DNA of 55,991 nt, the filler included, from Platydemus manokwari (taxonomy: Eukaryota), in the NCBI GenBank assembly GCA_037951405.1. It is 4 parts of 4 records of this genome, joined end to end, with 100 filler letters (N's around TTAATTAATTAA, not from the genome) between each part and the next. Parts side by side here need not be neighbours in the genome. Positions count along the whole stretch, not along the records: positions 14,652 to 33,365 come from JBBMOY010288892.1; positions 33,466 to 44,908 come from JBBMOY010669986.1; 2 more parts are not named here. The stretch is one strand, 5' to 3'. Each line of letters starts with the position of its first letter. Position 1 is the first letter of the stretch. Under the pieces are notes generated by a model. It was not told the DNA's origin and ran no database searches. It saw only the letters and a list, made by a program, of their open reading frames with translations. This document shows, in pieces, positions 27,816 to 40,670 of the stretch. The position numbers and the translations under genes were made by a program.

Positions 27816-28226
27816 ACCAATTTTATATATCTAAAAACATCTTTCTCTTATATTAATTGAGATAGATATTCATAAATCGATATTTATAAATCGATTTAGA
27901 AATATTTATGAAAATCAACTCATATTTCTCGTTTTCAAAACATAATATTGCTTGGAAAAAAAGTTAATTCAAACACCCAATTAATGAGAACTCTTTCATT
28001 TGCTAAAGATCTTTGTAAATTCTATTTCATATCTATCATGAAGGGCGTCTGAAAATTAATGTGAGGACATTTTATTTTCCAAATGAACGAATAGTGATGA
28101 ATTTGACAACATTAAAACAAATCAATTCATTTATTCTCGTAACAGTGAGAATAAAAAATTATATTTGAGTTGAATTTCAATCTGGCCATTTTTGTGGATT
28201 ATTATTAAAATATTAATATAGTAAGT

Positions 28227-28372
28227 CTAAGCTACTACTGTTTTATAAAACACACATCGAAATCGAATCGAAAATGCATGCCACTAAAAATGTATTTTTA
28301 CAATTATTTAAACAAAATAATTTTATATAATTTTATATAAAATCAAGTTTCAAATTCTCAGTGAGTACAAAT
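28227..28372. repeat. Repeat family B, third diverged copy
   Basis: CTAAGCTACTACTGTTTTATAAAACACACATCGAAATCGAATCGAAAA...TTCTCAGTGAGTACAAAT resembles 26073-26255. Confidence 0.6.
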
Positions 28373-30104
28373 TTATAATCAGATAGTATATTAGAACTGT
28401 TTCTCAAAATATTTATTTGACCCAGTTTAATTCTTTTGGACTTACAACATAAACAACGGAAATGACGTCAGTGAAAATTGTGATGTTCGATAATTTCTCA
28501 CCATTTCTTTTAATGATTGAAAGTATAATTATAAATCCGATATTAGAAATTTCTTGAATTTCTGAAGTGCATCTATTGAATACGATATATGGAGTAAGAA
28601 AAATCTTTAGTACTTTCCATCAAATTAGCAACTAACCTTTAGTATGAGATAATTCTTGAAATTAGAATATTAAAATTATGGAATGAATGATGTGTTGTGT
28701 TATGAATTATAAGTTTTCATGATTAAAGCTTTTTTATGATAAAGCCAAGTGCTTTTGGTTTATTTCGTATTACTTTTGGACAAACACCAACTTCTTATTT
28801 ATACCCGGACGAAATTGTCATGGACTTGTCGTCTAGTTTAATATCTTACTAAAATTAGCTCATATTTAAATATACTTTTGCAGTTTCAGTTTCGTAGATT
28901 CGTTTTCAATTCCTATTTTCCAAAATAGTTGCATTGAAATTTTCGAATTAATTTAAAGAAAAACAATTGAAAGGATTGACTTATGTTGATAAATGTATTT
29001 TTTTTAATTGTTTTTTAACTTAAATTTTTATACAAACGTGATTTTAATTCATCAACGAATCCTGAATGGAAAACAAATGATTAAAATGATTTGAAAATTT
29101 GGTAAATGAATTTAATTATTCATAATATTAACTGAAGTTCAAAAGCATTTTACAAATACCTGCAAACCGGTTGAACTTAAATAAATTCGAACAATTCAAA
29201 TCTGTGTTATGTTTTGTATTTATCACGTTTGAAATTATCATTCTATCTTTGTTTATCATTAACAATTTTATCAATACTAAATTTCCTTATGGTTTTATTT
29301 CGATTTATTTGTATATTTTAAGAAAAAGACTAAGTTTCAATTTTAATTTTTTCTTTTCAATCAATGATTGTTTTACTTTAAAATTAAACAAAATCTATTT
29401 AAATGGGTTTGATATTTTGAGATTAATGATGAAAATTCATTTGAGTTAATAGCGTTTGTCTTGAAATTTACAAGATAAAAATCCATAAAAGACTAATATT
29501 TGCTTTGTCTTAATTATCTTTCAATATTAAAAATCATCGAAGAGATTTGCCAAAATTTAAAAGCACATCGTTGAGGATTCTGACAAGAACAGTGTATGAA
29601 GTAATGAAATAATGATTTGATAAAAACTATTTATTTAAAATATTGAAATGGCTTATATTGATTTTATTTATTAATTATTATTATTTTATCTACCATTTGT
29701 TATAATTATATTTACACTGAATTGCTTACTGGAAATGTAGTAAGCACAAATAATAAACATCAAATTTTCCTTAATCCTTATCTCAAATCGATATCAGTAT
29801 ATCGCTTAAGTTCAAATTACAATTTTCTTTCACAAATAAATTGCAGGTTATAGAAAATCGATCAAATCTCAAGATTGATTTCAGAACATTAAGCCACTTC
29901 AGAATAATCCAATTGACGCACACATGAAACCAAAATAATGGACATCTCAAATAAAATTTCTGAAACTCAACCGTTTGTCTTACAAATTTAAATTTTTTTT
30001 GATTAACTTTTTCTTTTTAATTTAAACAAAATATATAGGTTTAGCTTTTGAATAATTATAACAAAAACTGTTTAATATATTTAATTTTCAATAATTTTTA
30101 CGTT

Positions 30105-30232
30105 ACACACACACGTACACACACATTTATATTTATATACAATTTTTAAATCGCAGTGCTTAACTTTATATATATTAACACGCACACACACATATATATA
30201 TATACAGTTTTAAAACACAGTGCTTAACTTTA
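30105..30232. repeat. Tandem duplication of a (CA)n(TA)n-containing ~65-nt unit
   Basis: Two units of ACAC..ACAT..ATATACA.TTTT.AAA..CAGTGCTTAACTTTA. Confidence 0.75.
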
Positions 30233-32089
30233 CCAAGTATTCAAATGACTGCAAATCTTATTTAGTTCATTTCTCATTACTAAATATTTATTTAAAAATA
30301 TTATTTTTTTCTGATCATTCAGCCAGCAATTTATCTCGTACGTCTTTGGAGATCATTATTAAAGAATGATTTGTATTTTAATCAATAATTAATCATATCT
30401 TAATGAATTCGATAGAAAATTATCATAAATATTGGAAATGAAAAGTCATAAAATTTTTATCTGCAATCATTTGTGAAAATTGATTTACAAATTTATGCTT
30501 AGTCTATGAAATTGGCAGTGTAGAATATCTGATATTTTATATTTATTGCAAATATTTATGCAAATATTACCGATAGCCTAACGTATTGAATTTTCCAATT
30601 GCCTTTTAAAGTTGTAAAAAATGCCTGATTATCATATTAGTCGAATCCCAAAGCAAGGCGTAAATTCCGATTGAAATTCGATTAATAATAATTAAAACCG
30701 ATCTTAATTTGTACAATCACAAAAATGAGTCGATTATGCTGCTTGAGAGAGCTAATTTTAGATATTGGTAATGGGTTTTCTTTTAATAACTTAATATTAG
30801 TTTCGGTATATCAATTTGAAGCTAACATTTTGAGGAGATATAAGAAAAACCGTTCAGTGAAATTCTATAATTGTCACAATTTCTGAAGGAATTCGGAATT
30901 AATCATAAAATTATTAGCGACATCTATGAGAGATATTATGAGAATTAACTAATATCCAATTAATCGCAACAGGTGGCCGAAACATTGTGAAATAAATGGC
31001 AATGAAGTTCAGTGAGATTGTCATTGATAATCTCATCATGTTGGATTTGAGCTTCTATTCGATGATGTTGTATTGAATGGATAATTGACAGTTATTCTAT
31101 CAGCTACAGTTCAAATATAACCAAAACATATGAGCACTAGTAAAAAAGGAATTATGAAATAATAATGATAAAAGAAGATTTTCTCCAATCATTGTTTTTC
31201 TAATAAGGTTATTGAGGAGAATAACAATATTATTGGCAGTTTAATCGCCTTTCTTTATTTTAAACTTTATCGCAGTAAATATTATTCTTCCTGTGTACGT
31301 ATAGTTCAAGTAATAACAAAGAGTAAAACAATTATTTCTTTAATAAGTACTTTTCATCGATGTCAGTTATCGCTATTGTGCAGGATATGCTTTAGGTCAA
31401 ACATTCTATTAATAGAATATCCTTAGACAATGCCAATAGATCGATAGGCTAATTAACTCTTATAATACGAAAATTTATTTAAAATAATTTCATATTAATT
31501 TATATTTGAAAGAAATAACATACAAAGAAAGAAAGAAAAAGTCGAGCAAAAATTAAATTAATTTTTTAACAATAAAACCTTTTGTCCGAGAGTTTCCCAC
31601 ACAGGCATTACACGCCAACTATAAAATTTAAACATTTATAATAAAATATGAATTAGAAAATATTTTATGATAAATTGGATATAAAAAGTTGACAAAGATC
31701 CTCTTGTTATGCAACAGGAAAAATGGAAAATTATATGGTTTGAAAAAAATAATTTAAAAATATCATTTCAATGTTCTAATTACATGACATGATGTCAATA
31801 ATTATTATCAATGATTGCCAGTCAATATTAACTGATATTTTTCAAATTTAATTTGTGGTTATGAGTTTGTGCGGAAATCATTTCTTGATCTTGTATTGGT
31901 TAAAATTTTTCGAATATTTCTCATAATAAAACTATGAAATGATCTATCATCATCACAATAGACTTTCTACTGCTTTATAAAGCACGTATTGAATTTGAAA
32001 TTAAGTCACGATATTTAATCAAAATATTGGAAAAATAATAATAAGTTATCACTAATAGAATGCTCTTATTATTTATCGATATAAAAATC

Positions 32090-32375
32090 TCGATTCTATC
32101 ATTTTTCTCTCTTCTATTTCTTCTAACCTTTTCTATAATCTCTATATCTTCTCGATATTGTCTCTATATTCTCTTCGCCAGATCATCTAGATCTCTTACT
32201 TATCTCTATATCTTCTTCATTCTTTTATATACTCCAGTTTCATGAATCTTATCAGAATCGAATCCAAAAGTCTGGTCGCCACGAATCAAAATGTCACGAT
32301 ACATAAAAGTAAATTTAATGAATTTATTTAAATAAATTAATATTTATAATTTTAATTAAATTTTAATTCGACACA
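32090..32375 (-). mobile_element. LTR retrotransposon remnant: LTR 3' end, PBS-like motif and degenerate gag-like start (family B related)
   Basis: Minus strand reads AATAAA...TATCGTGACA, then TTTTGATTCG-TGGCGACCAG, then a purine-rich E/K/R-coding stretch with stops. Confidence 0.5.
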
Positions 32376-33052
32376 CTTGACATGAATATTAGAATTGATT
32401 ATTATTGTTATCATAATTATAATCATTATTATAAATATAATTACAATTCCGAAGATTGTCCGATAACTAGTCTGACGAATTTGTGATGCAAAATATTAAA
32501 TTTATTTTCAGTGATATTTGTGATTTACTTATATTTCAGCTCATTGCGTTGTCAAGGTGACACAACTTATTTCACCTTCATATTGTGTAGAGTTAATTAA
32601 ATATTCGAGGTATGTACTGAATATTTCGGGTGTTTATTCTGATGATGTATCAGATAAAAATAAAGATCAGATCGAATAATCTAATAAGACACAAATATAT
32701 ATTTTTTATTATTTGTAAAAATAAATTTTAATTGCTGATGTTTTAAGTAAATGTATCAAAATATTAAAAATTCGATATGAATTACTTTTGGAATCGAATA
32801 TATGTTTAATAAAATTTTATTTTGATTGTTCTGTGAATACACATTTATTACTTATTTATGATATTTATATCAATTAATCGTAAAAGCATACTCAAATATA
32901 TTTTATAAAAATATATAAATAATAATTTTACTAGTATTTAGAATAAATATGTAAAAGTAGACCAATAATATTTAATTTCATTAAATAAGAAACAAAATCT
33001 TGATCCGGTAAACCATTGTTAAAGATATCAACCTAATAATTCATTAATTACC

Positions 33053-33066
33053 GCTGCCATGGTAAC
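33053..33066. promoter_or_regulatory. X-box (RFX)-like palindrome GCTGCCATGGTAAC
   Basis: Two differences from GTTGCCATGGCAAC, GC-rich in an AT-rich background. No associated gene start identified. Confidence 0.25.
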
Positions 33067-33365
33067 GAGATAAATATGTTTTCGTTCTGGTTTATTTTAA
33101 TCAAAAAATTTGCACTCTTAAAACTCATCCTGAAAGATTGATGGGTTTTTCTTCATGTTTAACAAAACTGAGTGATGGTTTACAAAATATTTTAAGTCGA
33201 TTTTCCATGTGATTTACAGGTCACAAAAAATTTAATTAATCTTCCACCGAATAATTAAATTCAACGATAGATATCAATTAAAATATCTTTTTATTTACTT
33301 CCCAATTTCCAAATGAAAGAACCGATAAATGTCTGTAAGAATGCCAGTGACTATTGTAGTCCAAT

Positions 33366-33465
33366 NNNNNNNNNNNNNNNNNNNNNNNNNNNNNNNNNNN
33401 NNNNNNNNNTTAATTAATTAANNNNNNNNNNNNNNNNNNNNNNNNNNNNNNNNNNNNNNNNNNNN
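33366..33465. other. Artificial contig spacer (44N-TTAATTAATTAA-44N)
   Basis: Identical to 14552-14651. Confidence 0.97.
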
Positions 33466-34058
33466 AAAACAAATAAATATTTGAACACGATAAAAATTTG
33501 TAAAAAATAATTTAAATAAATAATGAACATCATTTTAATTATTTCCAAGTTTATTAAATGCCACATTTAATCGAATTTGTAAGTCCTGAATTATATCAAA
33601 AAGGTGTTGTAAAAAATATAAAAAATATTATAAAAAATCTCATCAAAAATTTGTTCTGTTGAATTATGGCTCGAAATTTCCGAACAGTTATAAAATCTAA
33701 ACCTAAGACGATTGTTGTTTTTAATGATATTTCGGAGACAACAAACATCAATTTTTAAATAAATCAAATTTGAAAATAGGATGCAAAAAATAGACCAATA
33801 ATCTCGCTGCATCCGTTAAATGATAGAAAAACATTTGACAGAGTTTTCATAAATTATAAAATTTCCACTTAAAATATGAGATATTATCAATATTTTCTTT
33901 TTTGCCTTAAAATATCGTTGGATCGATAACGTTAATATTGGTTTTACTCAATATTTTTCTTCTAAAAAGCGTGAGGTAGCAATGTTTAAGAGTAATTTTT
34001 ACATAGCTTAAATTTGTTAACATAAATATAATCAAAGTTATTATAAAATTATCTACAT

Positions 34059-34090
34059 TATTATTATTATTATTATTATTATTATCATTA
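34059..34090. repeat. (TTA)n microsatellite in a UBE2O intron
   Basis: About 10 TTA units. Confidence 0.85.
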
Positions 34091-34100
34091 GTAATAATAC

Positions 34101-37100
34101 CTGTTTCCGAATTCCTGAAAATGCTCTTTGATTTCAATTTCAAATACCGGTATCGATTTATGCAACAGATTGATCATAGATTGGGAAATATTATTAATTG
34201 CGTTTTCATTATATCGTTGACTGTTCTCTTTACCTTCTTCACTTCCTTTTCTTATTTCAAATCCTGCTTCATTATAGTAAGGCTCGGAAACAAGAATCAA
34301 ACCTAATGATGGAAAAATGATCAAAAGCTTTTCGAAGAAATAGTTTATCACCTTGGAGAGAAACAATAATTTGTAATAGACTCGATACTTTCGAATCCCA
34401 ATTTTCTGTACCTTTACCATTCCAGGTTCCCAGTAGTGATAAACAAACTCTTCCTTCAGTATAAAGGTTTGGATTAACACGTTCCGATGTTAGAGAAATG
34501 TAGAAAACAGATGGTGGTTCCGAAGGATATTGAGCACCTAATTGTATATCGAAAAAGAATAAGGCATGCTGATAAGGGGTTCCAGAAGGTCCGACAATCA
34601 TTACGGAAAAGAGATCAACTCTATCATCAAAACTTTTAACGATAACTCCTCGTGGAAGACTTGTAGAAAGTAGATTAATCTAAATTATAACGAGGATTAT
34701 AAATTAATCACCAAGATGACTAATAGATCTACATCACGTTTCCAAGATTTACTAAATTTTGGATTGCTAAATGTCGGTCTGGGTGAATTGATAAATTTAT
34801 GAGAGCTTGGAGCTGATTCAATAATAATAAACTGGCCTACAAAATCGATAAAAGATATTCCTCAGTATCAGTATCAAATAACCTCTGTGTTCATCTGGAA
34901 TCGGCTCACAAGTTGACATTGTACGATCTGATGATTCAGGCTTAACATCTTCTGATAACATTTGCAATGGATTGTCTTCGTCTAAACTCGGGTTTAATGT
35001 TGGTAATTGATCACAATCAATGGGCTGTGGTGAAACAGCGATCTCTTCAATACTTCCGTTCAATTTCTCCTCTCCATTTAAACTTACTCTAGGTGCTTCT
35101 AACGAGTCATTTTGCACCTTGTCGAAACCATATACTTTATATTTTGATCATTTTGAAAAATATTACATTTACTGAATCTCCGATTGCTTTGGCACAGGGT
35201 TCAAGATAACACGACTTTTCTTGCAACCATACCTCAATTGATTCTTGTAGATATTGGAGATGACATCGAATATTGTTATATTGAGCTATTAAATAATTCC
35301 CAACAACTGTTTTGGCATTTTCTTCGCTAATTATTAAAAGTCGATTGTTATTACTTCACCAGTTTCATTTTAATTGAATAATTTTATTATCTACTGGAAT
35401 AAGTTTCATTGTGTATCAGATAAAATCCACCAATCAAAAAATTCATTGAAATTCAAACATAATTTTGAAAAAATGAGTTAATGCTAGATTCGTGTGAACA
35501 TTTCTTTGATTATTTACAATGTTTAACCTTAATAATTTAACTTATTTGTAAAATATTACAATCTCACATATCTCGAAACTATAAGCAAAAATAGAAACGC
35601 GCCTCTTTCAATTATAAGAAAGATTCGAATATGTAATGGGGAACAGAAATAATTGTTTTCATTAATTAAATCAATGTTTTATTATGTGAAAGATTGTCGA
35701 GTATTTACGATAAATATTTGTGGAATAAAAAGTTTTATCATTAATATCTGAAAAGTTCCATGAAAATTCAATCTAATAATTGAACGTGTTAATTAAGTGA
35801 AAATATTTATAAATATAATCAAACAATTATTAATAAAAGCAATTTTAAAAACATAAAAATAATATTATTGGAATGATTTTCTGGGAAAATGCTGTTAATA
35901 ACAACTAAATATTCATTAGGCAGTATACCAGTAGAGATCAATATCAGAAATAAAATTGTTTAATAACGGTTCTAAAACAAAATATTTCAATGATTCAGAA
36001 GAAACCTCTTTTAATCATAGTAAAATTTTAGAAAGGATCACCAGATAACATGCGATATCTATGCAAGGGTTAGGACAGCTTGTTAACTGAACCATTAAAA
36101 ACTCATCGAATGTGACCTGTAACCAATCATTTTGATAATTTGTTAATTATAGGATTAGGACACACAACCATTTCATTCACATTTACTATCATTTCCAACT
36201 TTTAATATAGGAACAGATTAAAATTGTATTTCGGTTTCATATCAACATACCCTCCCACATATGTATTATTATTCCGATATTGAAGTTAATGATCTCGACA
36301 CATCTACATCCCAATAGAAATATATTAACTGACTGGATTATTCAATATTTCACCCATACAGATCAAGTCTCTCAACTCATAACCCATATATACTATCTCT
36401 TTATTCCTACTATTATTCCTTAAATAATTTCCAACCAAAATCAGCATAATTAAAAAACTAATTAAAAATTTACAGTAATAGATGGCTTAAATCATTAAAA
36501 AACCTAATTAATTTGGTCGTTATTGCTGAATCAGCCGGTGTTTCCGTGTCTGACATCGCTTTGTCTATACTTTTCTCTGACGAATTTTCGTGAGAATCGT
36601 CAATCGCATCCACCAAGGAGCCACGGAACTTTGATTCACTCTCAAATTTGGCATTGGATACAATGAAATTTTTAATATTTCTGAACGACAGAAAGTCTTT
36701 GGGTCGATAGCAATCAAACTGAAATAATTAAAAGTATTCAAAACTAAACGAATAAATTCGGGGAAATTAAATAAAAGCAAATCATATTAATAAGATAAAT
36801 AAATGGTTGATTTATTGAGATGAACTCACCATTCTTTTGATTCCAACATCGTTGCACTGCTTGTAGATAGTGCTGACATTTTGACGAATTTCAAATAAAG
36901 TTCTAATTGCCATTTGCTGCTCGACGAAAGAAACCTCCAAATTTTCGTCCGAGGATTTCTCTGAATCGGTTTGCATTTTAAAAATATTTTTCACACTTAA
37001 CATTTGGCTCATATGTAGCGGTAAATTGGCTTGAAGAACTTGAGTGAATTCAGTGACACTATTTAGAATTGTTTCAATTTTCTTGATTTTTTCCAACAAT

Positions 37101-39677
37101 TCATAAAAACCTTTCCGCGCAGATCTGAGAAGCAAAGAATAAAATTAATTTTTTTGGTACTCTGAAAACATGTTATTAGATTTGGAGAGAATATTTGGGA
37201 AATAATATCAAACTTTATCTTGATTTCAAGATTAGTAATGCTAATAAAAATTCAACAAGATTATAGCATTAAGACAATTTTTTTTTAAAAAATCGTTTGA
37301 AGTGATAAAACTGACAAATCTATTTTAGACAACTTAAAGGAATATTTTCACAGTGACAGCGGTATTGTGATACTTCTAAATAATCATCACTAGTAAATGG
37401 ATAATTAGAAAAGGCCAATGAATCAAAACATTACCCCAAATAACCGAGAACAATGTTAGGATAATGTTTTGTTGATAAAAATATTTCCAGATTTGAAAAA
37501 CTATACAAACCAGATGCTTTGAAACAAAATAGTGTAATTTTTACAATACAGGTTCTCAGATGAGTTAATAATACGATGTTGCACAATAACATGAAACCTT
37601 GTAAGTTTCTTCATATAAAACAATGAATTATCGTTTCCTAATGTAAAAAATAACAAAAGCCTCAACTATTTGTTTTATAAGACCATATATTTTACATGCT
37701 TTATTAGAAAGTGCTGAGATTATACTGAATTGAAAGAGTCAGTGTGTGCGATTATATGTGCAATCACGAATTAAATTCCCCAATTAGATTCCTCATTATA
37801 AATTAATATCTCAATTTTATCCATATTATAATGAACAGAATAACTCTGTCACATACACATAACCCCTCAACATTGATGATAATCAAACACTAAGTTACTT
37901 CAAATCTGATTATCATTTCTGAACATAACTTCAATTATACAACTTTCGGGAGCACACATAATATGTGAGCATTGGATCATATGTTAATATGATGAATATA
38001 CACTGAGGTAGAAATGCCAAAGAACCAATAATACGGTAAAATCTGATATTACAGAATAAGTAACTCTGTACCTAATCGACGGAAATATTTAACTATAATA
38101 ACAGCATATTTTCACAGATATAGCCTAGCATCTATATATTAAAAAATTCACATTTTTGTCGCATATAAGAAATGTTCCATAAGAAATGGTCTCTTTGAAA
38201 AAGGTAATTGCTACCGAAAATTATTAAATCGATCTATTTTCTAAGAATTTTCTTCCTAGATTAAACAGCATTTGTGATAAAAAGCATCTAAGATAAAATT
38301 GTGGAAACCACAGGAGAATACTTTATTATTTGTATTCGTATTATATACGAAAAGCTGTAAATAACAAGCCTTGTTATATTAAGCAATGTTGCTATCAAGC
38401 ACAAAAAGTTTGTCTCATCTGATTTATATGTATTGTTTTTTGATAATAATCGATAATATTTTACAAAAAATTGCTTACATTAATTTCGCTAAATATAGTT
38501 CGTCTGCTTGATTTCCTTCGACTTCCTCAACAGTTTCCCAATCAGTCGAATCGGTATCAGAATGTAGCTCACTGCTTAAATCATCACTTAGATCGAATCC
38601 ACTTTCATCGGATGATACCGATCCTCCACCAATAGCTGACTCAACCGTTAATAATAGATCAGTAGGTGACATAGGTAGTTCTTTCCCGTCCGGCCATCTA
38701 ATAACTAGAAGACCATCATTTGGTTCCAAACGAGTGACATAACCAGCAGGATAATTTTTATGAGCTATTTCTTGTTTAATTATCACTTCTTGCCCCAATA
38801 CAAAATGATGTTCATTCAATGCAGAAATATCATAAACACCGACTTCTTCAGGTTCACCAGCTTTAATGACACTATTGCTTACCTCTTCATTTGATATGTA
38901 ATCAAACCACTGAACTTTGGCAACTCGATCTTTGGAATTGGCAGAAATTATGGTTCCAAAATTATGCATCGACTGTTCAGGATTGGGATTCAGAGGGTCA
39001 AATTTCTGGGAAACAAAATCGCCCGGGAAAAATTCATGCTCGTCTATATTGTAAATTTGTGGAATCAATTTTGTAGTCGGGATGTTGTGAGTAACCGTTC
39101 CATCTTGCCAGTTAACATCGACCCAGCATTTGGTTAACAAAACACCAACGGGGATAAAATTGTGAGGTTTTATTCGATTTAAAGCTTCCTTAGTAAGGAC
39201 ATTGAAATTATCTACATTTTCACGCGTATGATCATCAATTGAATTATTGAGTTTCGACTCTGGAAATATATTGGGATCGTTGTTATTAGAATCAGTTGAT
39301 TCGTCAGAACTGTATCCACTTCTTATATTAACATTTGTCATAGGTCTGCGTTTATTTCTGCATTTTACGTTGCACAGAATTTTCTTTCTAGGTTTAACAA
39401 CAAATCCAGTAGAAATCTATAATTTATTAACCATAATAAATATTTGTGACATGAGCTGGAAAATGCGTTATACATACGACAATGGTCACATTTTGTGTTT
39501 TTGATAACAAAATATACCGCTTATAATCAAAACATAATTACTTGATTATCTACTATTTTCGTTGCAATATGCTCTTCATTAATATTATCGTTATTGTTAG
39601 CAACATATTCAGCACAATCGTCGATTTGACCGTTAAGCAGTTTATATATAACATTTTCAATATTGTCCTCGGAATTT
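34101..39677 (-). CDS. UBE2O: Ubiquitin-conjugating enzyme E2 O (E2/E3 hybrid); nine exons, N-terminus and last exon not seen
   Basis: Phase-consistent GT-AG exons in transcript order: 39677-39542, 39416-38479, 37124-36830, 36718-36504, 35326-35173, 35117-34883, 34836-34733, 34679-34352, 34302-34101. Motifs: [12 protein letters not shown]...[11 protein letters not shown] (UBE2O conserved SH3-like region), [60 protein letters not shown] (catalytic Cys) and [15 protein letters not shown]...ENSQRYNE. Confidence 0.93.
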
Positions 39678-40431
39678 CTGGAATAAACTTTCATTCAATA
39701 TTATTATTGGACGAAAAGTATTGAATGAGTTATTACAATCATTTTATAACTACTTTATAATGTTGAATGGAAATGTCAATATTCTCAAATATCACAAATA
39801 TGTGCTAAAACAAATTACTTGCAACTACTACATAGGGTTATCAAGTTATCATATTGAAATATTCGAACCTTCAAACATAGTTATTATATAAAATTTTAAT
39901 TTTCATTAGTCATTGTGACCGTTGTGACTAAAATAGAATGGAAAATCATGGAAAATTTTTATCCAATATTTTCATAATCAAATAATTTAATTTAGATTTC
40001 GTAATTCAAATTTATATTCTACAAAGTCCAACAAAAACATTTCTTGTTTAAATTGTTGATGAAAATTATTTCGATTCTTAATATCCATTAACAAAATAAA
40101 ATGTCTGTAGCAGAAGAAGATTTGAGAGAATGAAATTTCGAGTTTATTTTCTTATTCCCGTATCAATGAAATCCATTCTTTAGTACACAAAAAGAAGAAA
40201 TTAAACAAAATTTTCCAGAATTTTATTGAAATCTTTTAATTAAAAAAAATATTAAAATTAACATCTCGAACCATTAATGTCATTCCAAAACATCTCAATG
40301 ATAATCTGAACACTATTAAACATGATTAGACCCATCGGTTGCCTAATAAATCTAAGTCGAGTTCGGTTAATATCATCCTATTTGAATTAATCAGCACCAT
40401 ACGACAAATTAAGGAATTTAGTTCGACTAAT

Positions 40432-40670
40432 TGAGCCCTTGATTATGAAAGTGGTATAAGTCATTTCAACCTTTCAAAACCAAATTTCCATTTAAAAATG
40501 GTAATAAATTTCACAATCATATTAAATGCTGATTTACCGCGGCTAATTAATTGTCAAAATATTTCATTCCATAATACACAAATATTTTTTTAATTCTTTA
40601 CCATGCAAATCCCTTAATATCGCCAAACAAGAAATATATGACTTATACTACTTTCATAATCAAGGGCACA
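40432..40670. mobile_element. MITE-like element with 33-bp terminal inverted repeats
   Basis: TGAGCCCTTGATTATGAAAGTGGTATAAGTCAT (40432-40464) versus ATGACTTATACTACTTTCATAATCAAGGGCACA (40638-40670): 31/33 reverse-complement match. Non-coding AT-rich interior; no clear TSD. Confidence 0.7.

Noticed and set aside
27611-27856. ORFs spanning the N run
   Set aside because: Artefacts of translating Ns.
33907-33962. Candidate terminal UBE2O exon (RKILSKTNINVIDPTIF*)
   Set aside because: Phase fits, but there is no similarity to the expected UBE2O C-terminus; the true exon may lie beyond the contig end.
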